In this document: piece after piece, positions 37,359 through 49,969 of the stretch
Layout of the letters: every line of letters begins with the position of its first letter
Numbering within the stretch: the first letter of the stretch is position 1
Source of the DNA: Oikopleura dioica
Taxonomy: Eukaryota > Animalia > Chordata
Direction: 5' to 3'
Assembly (NCBI GenBank): GCA_907165135.1
Contig: OU015569.1
Coordinates: 4,960,001 to 5,024,000 of the forward strand
DNA: 64,000 nucleotides
Notes under the pieces: generated by a model
The model's database searches: none
Seen by the model: the letters and a program-made list of their open reading frames with translations, nothing else
Told to the model about the DNA's origin: nothing
Made by a program: the position numbers and the translations under genes

Positions 37359-37820
37359 GATGAAACCTGTATGCTCGTATCAAAATATTTTTACGGCTAT
37401 TTTGAGCATCAAAAGTTCGCCGATTAGCCCGGACTTCCGTTGCTGCAAATCATAATCCGGCGTGTGACACATTTTCAGATTTTTGTGCTCGTAACCGTAA
37501 TCGCAGCGGAAATTTGTCATATTTTACGGCGTGTGGGACACACTTGGCCTGATATCTATTTATTTTCGTTATTTCTGGCAGTGCGCTCGTAAATAGCGCC
37601 AAAATCGAAGTAACATTTCCGTAATTGCGCCTTTAAAAATTAATATTAAAAAGTGGCGAGAGCAATAACGGCCCCGCGCAGTTGTGATTTACAACCGCGA
37701 ACAGCTTGGATTTAAAATTCGCAACTCTGCTGATTTTGATCACCGCCCGAGTTAGTATGTAGCCCCGACTAGCCCGAGTTCCACTCGATTTACATTCTCT
37801 GGACGACGATAATCAATAAG

Positions 37821-39403
37821 TGCTCGCGCTGGGACTTCGTTCGCCCAGTCGAGGTCGACTACTCAGATTTCGAAGGCATCGACGAGCCAGAGAGCCTCTC
37901 CGATTGCTACAACTTCTACTTCTACCACGATTCCGGCGCCAAGATGACCATAGCCGAATGCAAAGACCTTGTCAACGAGAAACTCTTCCCGACGCAGAAA
38001 ACGACCTCAACAAAGAAAACAACTTCAACTACGACTACTCGCAAAACAACGACAACAACTCAAAAATCAACAGCATCAACAACTACAACGACCAAAATAA
38101 CAACAACAACTCGATCAGTGCCTTCCACTACTCAAAAATCGATTCCGACAACGACAAAGTTTTCCAAGTTTACGAAACTGATAACGACTAGGAAAACTAC
38201 AACGACAGTCAAAGAAATCCAGCAGCCAGAAATAAGGAATGGTTTTTTCTGACAATTAGAGGGCTTTTTGACTTGAAAAACCTTTGAAAGATTGCCAGTT
38301 GAGGTTGAAACAGAAAAAACGACACCAAAAACGAATAAATCGACAACGACAACGAAGACTACATCAACTACCACAACAATGACGACTAAGCGTGTTTCGC
38401 GTAAAAAACCTAGTTCGCATTCAATCTCAAGTCCATCGCCAGTCCCACCCGTGAAAGACTTTCACGAAGCCGGCGTTCCTAAAGATTTTGAACCGCTCCC
38501 CGGTCCGCTCGATTTCGACTTTGGAAACCTGATTGTTGTATCACCTGTCATCCCGAAAGTAGAGGCGCCAGATGAAAACTCTGTGGTAATCGTAAGTTTT
38601 TACTTATTAACTTTCGCAGTAAATATTTTTAAAAAGACTATTCAGCGAACCCAGCCAGCAGAATGCTCTTTAAAATGCGGCCATGGGGGAAAATGCGTCA
38701 AAGTAGACGGAAAAGAGTACTGCGAGTGTCCTGAGGGTCGGAGCTTCGCGCTTGCTTCGCCCTTAGGCAAGTGCGTGAAAAACTTGAAAAAGTACTGCAA
38801 GCGTGGTAAATACTCGACCCAGAGTGTAGAAGGGATCTCTGGCGAACAGCACACTTGTGAGTGCGGAGAATCGCGACGATTCAATCTCGCTACTTTTACC
38901 TGTGAGAATGTGAGCTTGGAGAGAAGCTTCAAAGAACTGATGGAGATGGAAGAGAGCGAACGGCCAAAATGTTCGGAAAGCTGCTCGGGGAGAGATCCAG
39001 TGCGCATGTATGCTCCTTGTTGTTGGCAGCTGGACAAGTGGATACGAAGCAGCAAGTGGAAAGGGAGGACGCTCTCTCTTTGGGGGCCCTGGTCTGATTG
39101 CGATCCTCAAACTTGCACAAAAACCAGAAGGTAAATTCTCGTTCTCTTATAAAGGTTTATGTCAGTATTCGTAAGCCACGCTCTCCTGTCTTTAAAAAAG
39201 GTTAATTTACGATTTCCGAGACGGCAGGCATCTGCCTGGCATTGAATCGTGTCTTCCTACGTTTAATATCAAACAATAATAAATAAAACTCAGGACAGGA
39301 ATTTATCTTCTTTTTCAGCCGAACTTGTCTGCTGCCAGAAGGAAGATGCAACCGACCCTTGACAAGAAGCTCCTCTTGCAGAAGAGGCGACTGTAAATTG
39401 TAA
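37821..39403 (+). CDS. Extracellular protein with Thr/Lys-rich mucin-like tracts, EGF-like and Cys-rich modules and a C-terminal TSP1 repeat (5' end upstream)
   Basis: TTSTKKTTSTTTTRK tracts; CSLKCGHGGKCVKVDGKEYCECPEG (EGF-like); WGPWSDCDPQTCTKTRSRTC..C..C* (TSP1); stop at 39401-39403. Confidence 0.85.
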
Positions 39404-39682
39404 CTTTTTAAGACTTTCTCGCGACAAAAAATGTATGAACATTGCTCATTTTTTTCACAGTGATAATAAATGTAACAAAACATCTGCCACAAAAAAATTC
39501 CCTCCCAGAAAAGAACATTTTCTTCTCTAGCTCAAACAGGCGTTCTGATGATTAAAATGAGACGCTCTCTCTCTCTTGCATTTTTATTTTTGTTGAGACA
39601 GTGTCAAAAAACCGGGGCTTTATTGAATGATTGATTCGTGTGATCTTTGGTCACCCCATCTCTGATGGATAGTCTGTCAAGC

Positions 39683-41552
39683 TCATCCTTGGAGCTCAGT
39701 ATTACGATCACCTTTTTGAAGAGGACTTACGGGCTTGCCGAATTGTATTTTATGGCTCTCCCAGCTAATACCTTTCTTCTTCATAAATGTCCAATTATAA
39801 CCATCTGTCAATATTTTTCTTTAAATATTTTTATTCAAATAATTTATGTTTTGAGGAAGGTACAGAAAAGATGCACAAAAGCGCAGATCAGGAAATCTCA
39901 GTTTCTACCACTAAATGCAGCTTTCCAGGGTCAGTGCTCAAGATCTTTGAAGAAGACGATAATTTACCTTTTGAAAAAAGTATTACTACCTTTGCGATTT
40001 GATAGCTTGCGAGTTGATTAGTGAGCTTGCCGTTAATTTTAAGGAGTTTTTCGTTCTTCTGAATTCCAGCGAGATGAGCAGGCGATCCCGGTTGAACAAA
40101 AGAAATTGTGTGCGTTCCGTCTTATAAAAGAGAGTTGAAAGTAAGTTTAATATTGCACAATTGACAGTTGAAAGAAGCTTGTGGGAAGACTGTTGATTGC
40201 TCTCCCGTGCTCTGTAAATAGAAATCAGACAACCCAAGGTTAAATGCCTCGAAGAAGCTGTCGAAGGTAAATTTGGATCGACAATCGTCAAATCGCTGTG
40301 AAACATCTATTAGTACAGGAGTAGCTACTGGCTAGTTTATAGCTGATCGAACAAATATTAAACTGGCGATAGGAGCTAAGGGCCGGGGAGAATTTTAATT
40401 CTTCATCGACAGGCTTACCGAATGTTGATCGGAGCCCGATTCCAAGTGGCAGAATCGTCTTGTCCGCCTCGTCAAACGCGTAATTATCGAAGGAAGAGTT
40501 GCTCGAGTCAAAAGAGTGCTTCTTCCGCCCAGTCAGATCAACCTTGAAGCCGAATTCTTCCAACCATGCCAACGTTTCTGGCGGAGCTGAAAGAAAAATG
40601 AGTGAGTCCTCGTTGTTTCCAACTTTGTTTAGCTTAGAGCTTAAGGTTTTGTTTGCTTGGTTATTATTTATTTCCTCGTCCAGATTGCTTTATTACGTTG
40701 TCAAAGCAAGAAGGCAAGAAAAAGACTCAACATAAATAAAAAAAAAGAACCTGTCATTTCTGGGTCCGATAATCGCCGATTCATTCTTTTCTTCGATTGA
40801 AAATCGTCGGATCTTCCCAAATTGCATGTGTGCCTCCTTCCCGTGAAAAATTTGTCTTTGATTCGGCGGCTTTTTGCGGCTCCAGATAAAAAAAAAATAA
40901 ATAAAAAGTCGGTTAGTACTTATTTCACTTAAAGAAAATAAACATGTTCCAAGTTAACTCATAAGCGCTGAGCCTTTCCTGACTGCCGGAATCTCATTCG
41001 AATAAAACTCAATCATACTTTCTCGTTCTTTATCTGTAAAAAATAAAGTAAAAATAACTCGGACTTTTGCGAAAATTCAAAATACTTTCTGAAAGGCCGT
41101 TCGGACTCGCCACTTGCGTCAGAAAGTAAATTCTGCTGCGACAACGGGAAATTAATTTTCAACAAACATTTATTTTAGACAGATTGCGCCGAGTGGATCT
41201 CCAATACTAGTCGACTTAGAATATTCGAAATCTAAGCACAAAACTTGAAGTAATTAGTAATTTATTACCAATAAGTGTAGATTACCGTGTATTCTACAAC
41301 GATTTCAACCTAGGCTTCTAAATCGATTACAACGATTTTGTCAACAACGATTTAAATGAAATTTTGATGGGAGAAAGAATCAACGATGCTAAGCACGCTG
41401 CGGGCCTGCGGCCCTTGCGCGCAAAATCTGGTAGAGAACTCATTTTTGCAGGAGGCCAACTTTCTCTACTCTCCCGCCTCAATCTCTAGCAAGCCTTGTT
41501 ATTCTTTGCGAAGGGATGTTGCCCTAGTTGCCATTGTTGCCCATGCTGCCAT
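39683..41552 (-). CDS. Multi-exon gene of unknown function
   Basis: Several GT-AG-bounded coding-like segments (APPETLAWLEEFGFKVDL..; MFHSDLTIVDPNLP..; DGYNWTFMKKKGISWESHKIQFG..); model incomplete. Confidence 0.45.
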
Positions 41553-42014
41553 TTTCAAGTTTTTCGGTTTATTGAATAATTTCCTTCGACCTTCTGCATT
41601 GTGAGTCTCTAATGCGTTTGCTATAAAGTGTGATACGAGCTGTCAACCAGAATTTAACATTCACTGGAATCTCATTTCATCACTGTATAAAATTTTCAAC
41701 ATAAAATAGAGGGGACCTTTTTTAACCGAACCTTTATTAGCGACTCTTTAACTTTCTCCAATTCAAAATATAATCGACTCTGAAATGACAGCTACATTGA
41801 AGTCTCCTACTTGGAAAGTTTGAGTTGCTCAAGTTGAATAGAATTCTTGCAATTGGAGCGTCGGATCAGTATTTGTTGCTCGGGGCCTTGGCTTGAAACA
41901 TTATCTGCCTCGAGTTGTCGGTTGTACCGGCAATTATAGAATTTAAAAAATATAGTTTTTGTTTCTACTTTTACTTTTTAGAAACATTTTTTTGAAAAAG
42001 AGAAAGAACACATT

Positions 42015-45000
42015 ATGAATTTTGCAAACACTGGCGCGAATATGTTCATTGCACTGATTACTATGTTTGGGTTGGAAAACTAATGAAATTTATTAATAAA
42101 AAGATTAAAGAGAAGACTTGAAAGAAGTTAAATAACGCTTATTCGAAGTTAAGAATTTAGACCACCACATGTCTGCGAAAATTAAGCACCGGAAAAGTGC
42201 TTATCTAAGTTTTTTACGCTCAATCTGTTTATTTTTAACTAGTCAACCCTCCTCGAAGCTCTGCTTTTGGATACGCCATTTTCGATCAATACTGGCTTGC
42301 GGGAATCGTAAGTTTAAAATTGAATGCTTTTTATTATATTTTTTAATAGACGCCGAAAGCGGAGAACTTTGAACTTGACGATCCTAATGTCAAATGGGGA
42401 CAGAGCTACGGCTGCTGGCAAACAGAAGACGTAAAGGTAGTTAAAGTCACGTTCGCAGTTACAGTTAGTGTCCACTGGGGTTAGAAATGATCAAAAAGTT
42501 TGACCCCTACGTGATTCGAACACGCAACCTTCTGATCTGGAGTCAGACGCGCTACCGTTGCGCCAAGGAGTCCTGGCGGAGCACCACCACTTTACATATA
42601 TATTCCAAGCACAACAATGACTGTACACTAAAATGGGGGCCCCTTCTCCATCCTTGACTTCGTGTATTAATCCCTTTGTGAACTTGCTTATCTTTGAGAC
42701 ACAAAGGGGTTAACAAAGGGACATAAGAACGGAGAGAACGATGAACAAGGGTTTCCTAAGGAAACTTTCCTTATTTTAGTGACCGTGTATGAAGGATGCA
42801 GCCTCCGGGATGCTCAATTTCATTTTATATAGAACGTGCTCTATTAAATTATAATTCAAGTTAAATTTATTCCACGAAAAACGATCAGAATGTCTTTTTC
42901 AATGCGCTCATCTTGGATTCCATCTTACCGCTTTTCTTCGGGACAAGTGCGCCTGCATCACCGAAGAGCAGAAAGCGCTATTCCAGCGCGTTTCCGATGA
43001 AGAATGCGAGATCAGCTGCGTCGACGAGTGGGACATGAGTTGCGGCGGCCTCAAGGGAGAAGTGAGCATTTACAGAACCCCGCTTGTTGACAAGAGATGC
43101 GAAACAATTAAGCTAGGAGAGGAAGGACAGTTTAAGAAAATCATGCTCGCCAGTTTTCCAGGCTCTGGAAATACTTGGACAAGGCAAGGGCGGAAATCTA
43201 GCTTTCTGTTTTAATATTTACTCAGAGTTAAGACTCTGAATGAACTCGAGAAGCCGCTTGCGGTCTCGATAAATGATAAGATAGCCGCGCTTTGCGCAGC
43301 TTCGGGATTCTTAATAAAAATGCTCCCGGATTTAAAAGGAGCCCCAATAGTTAAATTTCCGTAAAGATACGTCATTGAACGAGCAACAGGATATTTCACG
43401 GGGGCAGTTGCAAACGATTCTTCCTTGTTTGCAGGCGGCTTCGTCGGCGAGTATGAGCATCAAAACGCGGGAACTACGATTCTTGTCAAGGGAAGAGTAA
43501 AAACAGTTCTTTCGGTTCTTTGAATCATGCTAATTTATTGAGTTCATTCGTTTATTGTGCTATTAAGTACTTTCCGTACATGGACCATGTGTCCCTCTTC
43601 AGACACGTGAAACAACTCAAGCCCACCTGTGTCACAAAAAAAAGCAAAATATACGAATGAATTCTTGTTTTTTACTTTTGTCTTTAGGCGCATCGGAACA
43701 TCAAGGAACAGGACGGAGCGGTGCTTCTCATCAGAAATCCCTTCGACGCGATTCTAGCCGAGTTCAACCGCAATCACGGCGGCGGGCACACTGGCCACGC
43801 GGCCAAAGAGGCCTTTTACGCGAAAAACACAAAGGAAATCTGGCCGGGCAAGGATAAGAGGGCCTGGTACCCGCTGGTGCTTGACCAGGCGAATCGTTGG
43901 TACAATATCTACTCCCGATATCTCACGAACACGGAGAACATCCACGTGATCTATTTCGAAGAGATGAAAGAAAATCTCGGCCCGCCGATGAGAAGGGTCG
44001 TCGATTTTCTCGACGTCGAAGGAAAAGAATCTAAAACTATTATTTAATTTTGAAGTAGAAACAAGCTCATACGTACATTGCGATTTTGGCGAAAACAAAA
44101 TTAAAATCAATCGGCTTACGTGTTTTTCAGCAGAAGCATTATTTTGCAAAGTTGGTATCAGAAACCAACTTCCGCTTCGAGTTTATTTGATTCGACCCTT
44201 TTCAATACAAATTTCCAAAGTCGATTACTTGCCTCAGCAACCTTTTTAGGAAACCTGAGTCAGGGTCTGAATACAGGTTGGCGAGCTGTCGTTCCTATAC
44301 TAACAATTTAGCCTTTTAAAGTTGTTTTTTGGAGTTTTGAGAACATTTTTAAAATTCTAGAGATTTAATAAGGTCTTTATTCGATGTCATTTTTAGTAAT
44401 CTGTTCTTAGTTTAGAGACCGCTTGAGCGTGTGAGCCGCTGTTCACGCGTTGTAAGTAGTTGATTCTACGCCAGTCGTCGACTTCGAATCACGTTTAAAG
44501 TGTCTCCTGAGCAACACCGAGGGATCGTTCAAGAGAACCAAACAGCCGCTTGACTTCGACCCATTCGCGATTCACGAAGACGTCATTCCGGGCAGGGCTC
44601 TATTTTAACTTCCGATGATGATAAGAGTCAGAACAGATTTAGAGAAGAGACACCATTTTTCAAATCGCAAGCAAATATCTCTTACCGCGTTGCCTCGCCA
44701 AGACCGCGGCTTTTCTTTTCTTTTACTCGAAGCCGCAGGCGGCTTCTCGATATCGAAGATAGACAGTCATGAATTTCCGCAAAATTGCGATTGACTTTTT
44801 TTCTTTCTTAAAAAAATATTCACACCGAGGCAGCTGATGAATATTGCATTGAATGAAATAAATTCATGGAGTCCACGCAAGTTTATCAACAAACAGATAA
44901 GAAATCTTAATACTGAGCTCAAAGGAAAGGTATTTTTTACGTTACTGTTGAATTTAATACTGTTTTATTACGAGCTGAGCTGGCTTTTTTGTTTTGGTAA

Positions 45001-45147
45001 ACTTTCGCTGTGGCTAAAGAGTCCAGCAAATTAGCCATTTTGACAGCAATCAAGCGCCTAGAAAATACAGTAAAAATGCCGTTCAAAGTCCGAAACTTAC
45101 CTCAACTGCCATCATCGTACCTAAGGTCGACTGCTACAACTCTGTGA
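42015..45147 (+). CDS. WSCD: WSC-domain plus sulfotransferase-like protein (WSCD1/2 family)
   Basis: WSC Cys pattern (ECLFQC..CAC..CEISC..SCGG) followed by MLASFPGSGNTWTR, YVIERATGYFTG, VK(A)H, VLLIRNPFDAILAEFNR, RLKCLLSNTEGSFKR; start and last exon less certain. Confidence 0.88.
42501..42572 (-). tRNA. trnW-CCA: tRNA-Trp(CCA)
   Basis: GACTCCTTGGCGCAACGGTAGCGCGTCTGACTCCAGATCAGAAGGTTGCGTGTTCGAATCACGTAGGGGTCA folds as a cloverleaf with A/B boxes; a T5 terminator follows. Confidence 0.97.
44228..44289. mobile_element. MITE family 1, internally deleted copy
   Basis: ctcagcaacctttttaggaaacctgagtcagggtctgaatacaggttggcgagc. Confidence 0.7.
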
Positions 45148-46395
45148 ATAAAAAAAATATTCAAAGTCTTGCTCTTCACAATTTTTTTTCTATTCTTAGT
45201 GCAGTGGCTATTTCTAAAATAGACATAGAAAAAGGGGGCTGGAGTTAATAAAAGTAACAATAAGAGACAATTTTATAATTTTAGCAGAATTGTATTTTTA
45301 AATAGAAAACAGATTAGGCTTTCGAAGATTTTTTTTCTAAAAAAAAGGCGAAGCAAAAGGATTAAATTAAAAAGATTTTGATTTATCTGAATCGGGAGAT
45401 TAGTTGAGATTGTGCGTTGTTTAAGTTTCCCTTCAAACAAGGTGATGTTAATGCGGCTTGAAGATTTTAAGGGTGGCTGGCTGGCTTGGCTCTTTTAATT
45501 AGACGGGCTCGGGTTAGAGCCGTCTCCCACCGCAGAGATTTGTTGAAGGGAACCCGGATAAAACGGCGATCCATGTTCCGATTCTTTCCCTAATAGATCT
45601 CGTTTTCGAGATTTGCACGTGTTTTATACAATTTTTATCTATTCTTACGACGATTTTTTTACATCGTTTTCGCTGACAAACCTTCAAGCAAAGAACCTGA
45701 AAATGATTTACAAAGAATATTTTTCGTTTTAATTTGCAGCCCAACCAAAAAATCTCTGTTTTGTTGAATGGAATAACAAGGGAGGCCACTAAACGAGACA
45801 TGTCACATGCGCAGGATCAAGTGAACTCCACTAAGCTATATTCGCCGCGCGGCTTTTCTCCATTTTCATTTCGAAGCCGCGAGCGGCTTTTCGATCAATT
45901 CCCCAAACAAAATTCGATTTATAGAGATATTCATATTCTTATGATTATGATAAGAAAGCTCTAATTTCTCTAAGCACCCTTACTCGATAGAATATCGACA
46001 ATAGTATAACAAAGCTTTCTATGGGATAGAAAGTTGTGTCCCAGCGTGAGAATCGTGCTCGATGATCGCCTAATTTCACAAAACAAAAAGTTGGATGGCG
46101 CTCTTTCTCGCTTCGTGGCGCGTTAACTCGGCGGCGCCGCCCGAGCGTTCGCGATGTACTGATAGCGGCTCTGAGAAGTGTCTTGTCATTCAGTCGCAAT
46201 TTCTCTCCGATAGATCTCACCCCGATTTCCCCATCAAAAACGAAAATTATAAAAGTTTTTTATAATTGGATACCGAGCCTACCAGATAACGCAAGTGACG
46301 AAGGGAAGAAGATTTGACGAGAGACTGACCAGAAGAAATCCAGCCCAGGTAAGTACCCAAGCTAAGAGATTTTCAGGTCAAGAAGCAAGACCAAA

Positions 46396-48218
46396 ATGAA
46401 GATCACTGCCAGCTTGATAGGACTCTTTGGCCACGCCAATGGACTCGACCTTCCAAGAGTTCAAGGAGGACTTCAATGTAAGCATTTTTTAAAGCTAATG
46501 ATCAATTTAAATTTTACCGCGATTTTATTGAAATTTTAAAAAGAGTGAAACTAACGCAATAAGCTCAACCTGTTTCGAAAAATAATTTTAGGGAACGCCC
46601 CTGCCGCTCTACCCGCGATGAGCTCAGCACCGATAGTTTCTGTTGCCCCAGTAGCCCCAGTTGTCCAGGTCGCCCCTGTTGCCCCGGCTGTCCAAGTCGG
46701 CCCTGCTGACTCGATTGCCCCTGCTGTCGCAGTCGCCCCTGCTGACCCTGTCAAAGTTGAGCAGCCATTCGAAGCCGTTCAGATCGCTGAAACTCCGTCT
46801 GAGCCAGTCTTTGCTTCCCCTTCGGTTGGCCCGTACGATCTATCGGGTCTTCCGGCTCTTAACTCCCCACCACCATCGTCGAGCTTCGTCTTCCACAACA
46901 AACTGCCAAAATCAGGCTCGACGACGATGAAGTACATCATTTCGACGCTTCAAAAGGCCAACGATTTCCACATGGACTACCAATCGCCGTGCATTAACAA
47001 GGCTACCTGTGCCACCGACCCTGCCGACGGAATCGGCGCAGAGAGTACGCTTGCTAATCACGTGCGCGAACAACGCGAGCAGCACCCTGGAAAGTTCATC
47101 CTTTTGAAGCATCAGTACTGGCTCAACTTCACTCGCTTTGAGATGGAACAGCCCACCTACATTAACGTCGTCAGAGATCCAGTAACTCGATTCGCATCGA
47201 TGTATTACTTCAACAGATATGGCTTCAAATCAATGGGATCAAAAGATAGACAGGTAAACATTTTTCTTAAACCGAAAAACCTAAAGAAAAAATAAGCTAT
47301 TTTTACCTTTTTTTTTGCTCAAGTCCTCGTTGAATATTTATATATTCAAACATGCAACCGTTGCGCCAACAAAAAAGCGTATTGATGTTCCGTGTCAACA
47401 GAGGACAACATGAGTTTTAATTGCAGACTTCATTTTGATAAAAATAAAACGCGCGCGCCAAGTTAATTGAGTTTTCTTCAAATCGATTAATTTTGGTGTA
47501 GGGCGTCCAGCGACATTCGTGGAAGGGAACTGAAGAGGACATCGCAAGGACACTGGACATGTGCATGGAGGAGCAGAATGAGGAGTGCACCGAACCCCTG
47601 CAAGTCCTCGTCCGATACTTCTGCGGAACAGATCAGGAGTGCAACATGAAGTCGTCGAAGATGGGCAAATTCGGCGCGCTCAACAACTGGGATAAAGTGG
47701 CGAAGGCGGCGGAACTGGCCAAGAAGAAAATTGTGACGCAATACTATTCGATCGGACTTATGGGTAAATCATTAATAGATCATATAGATAAATATTAAAG
47801 AAAAAGCTATCAATAGTAAAAAATAGACAATAAGTAAATTTAAATCTTCAAGAAAAATTCGACGAGACATTGGCCCTCTTCGAAAACATGCTTCCTGGTT
47901 TCTTCAAGGGCGCACAGGCTGCGTACCGATCTCAATGTGAGTCTTTAGCATCTTAACTCTCTCTTGGGAGGTTTACTTTTAGTCGTTCAAAACCAGCGCG
48001 AATCTTCAAAAACTGCTCACACCGACGGTTTCAGCAACTCGACGAGAACCTGGCTGGAACAAGGGCCCCTTAAATACGAGGTGAGACAGATCCCTCCCTC
48101 CACGCTTCTTAAAACCCTTTAGGTGGACCTTTACAACTTGATCAGCGCAATCTTCTACGAGCGCCTTTCCTACTTCGGCATCACTGCCGACACAACGACC
48201 GCTGATTCTACCAAGTAA
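46396..48218 (+). CDS. Heparan sulfate 2-O-/uronyl 2-O-sulfotransferase-like protein with a VAP-repeat stem
   Basis: FHNKLPKSGSTT (5'-PSB loop), YINVVRDPVTRFASMYYF (3'-PB), YFCG, EKFDETLALFENMLP, YEVDLYN; N-terminus MKITASLIGLFGHANG. Confidence 0.9.
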
Positions 48219-49420
48219 CCGAATCAGAACTTGAATGAACAACCCATGAAGAAACATGGCGACAATCATCATTATTCGACAGCGCAGTATTCGATAATAC
48301 TGTACCAACTTGAAACCAAACGAAACAAAATGTAAATCTTGTGAATAAATATAACACTGTATTAATCAACAAAAAAGCCAGCAACAATGTACTTCTTTGT
48401 AAAGCAAAAATCAAGCTCATAAGCCTCCTCGGATGGTTGTTATCAATAGCCTGATTAAGCGCCTCGAGGAGTGCACTCTTCTCTCTATTTTGGGGGCGCC
48501 AGTTTGAAACAAAGACACAAATAAAGAAATGGTAGAGCCCGCTGACAATAATTAAGTTTATTAATAAGTGGACACGTTGCCATCTCGATTACGATTTTAA
48601 TAGAGGCTTATTTGCATAAAAACACCAATTATGATTCATAATTGCTCCGTCCCTAGATCAAGTTTAGAGCTCAATAAAAGAGAAAGTTCATAGCTAGTGA
48701 AGCATTATTCGAAACACTGCTTGCAAGTTGCAACTTTGAGTCAAAAATAAAGAGAAGCCGCACAATTCGCGGCTATTCCAACTGTTTCACTTGAAGCGGC
48801 AAGTTGATGTATTTCAAAGTTAAAGTATTAGAAAAGCACAACATTGAAGCTTATAAGATTCTAAAAGTTTTTTGAGAACGTTTTTTCTAAAAAATATGCA
48901 GAAATGGCCTTTTCAGGCCACATCGCACATTTCTAGGCAGTATGAGATATTTTAGTCAGTCTAACTGCTCATGGTGGACGTTTGAAATCAACTTGAAAAA
49001 ATGGAAAATTTTGTCGACCGAAAATTGTCGATTTGTTGCTCCTCCCATTTTAATCAAAATAAATTATTGTTCGATTAAAATTTCGGTGAGTTTGAAGCCA
49101 CAACAGTTGTCCCAGAGGTTCCACTTATGATGATTTAAAATGATGTCTTTCACGCAAAATTACGCTTTTGAATCTTTTAAATAAAAATTCGCAGCTTGCT
49201 AATGCGTGTTTCTGAATCTTGCAAATGAAGCATAAGTGCTTTATTGGACGCGTGTTCAATTTCGTCATTGAAAATCGAAAACAAAATTTTTACATTTATT
49301 CTACGCAAACCTGGCCGCAGCTAAGTTGCATTACATCTTGGATGGGTTGAATTCGACCGTCCAAGAAGCCAAGAAATTAGTCCCCTAAAGATTTTACGCG
49401 GTTCACTAAACAACAAGAAA

Positions 49421-49969
49421 ATGCGGCGCATTTTAGAGTGCACATCATTGATTTTTAATAAACGTACGTATCAACTAGTTACATCAAGATCAACTGCCAT
49501 AATTCCAGCAACGATATTTGGCCAAATTGCAATTACTTGGGGGAGGGGGTCCCGGGTTAGGGGTAGCTTTGAGGGTAACCCCCAACTACCTTTCTTTCGA
49601 GCCAAGGTTATATTTTGTTGGGGTGAATATAATGCGGATGGGGAGTTTCAGCGGGGGCTTCCTTTGGGATTTCTTTGCAGTGACGAGGAAGTAGTGCTTA
49701 ACGACAAACATGGAGCGACGTGTTTTGATCCATTTAATTTTCCCCTAATCGAACATCACCAAGAACTCGCTGTTTTCACCAAAAACCTGGATGACGGTAT
49801 AATGACTATCCTCAATAAAGCTCCATTTCAATTTCGTGTTTTCCCTAACACCTTCGTAGCGCGTCAAACCCGCGAATTTAAGGTTTTAAAAACAAAACAC
49901 AAAATTTTTTTTTGGTTATCGAAAATAAGTTTCCTCCAAGCTCCATTTTTTGCTACATTTTCTTTTTAG
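49421..49969 (+). other. Intronless 182-codon ORF of unknown nature
   Basis: Longest unexplained ORF in the window; no recognised domain. Confidence 0.2.
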
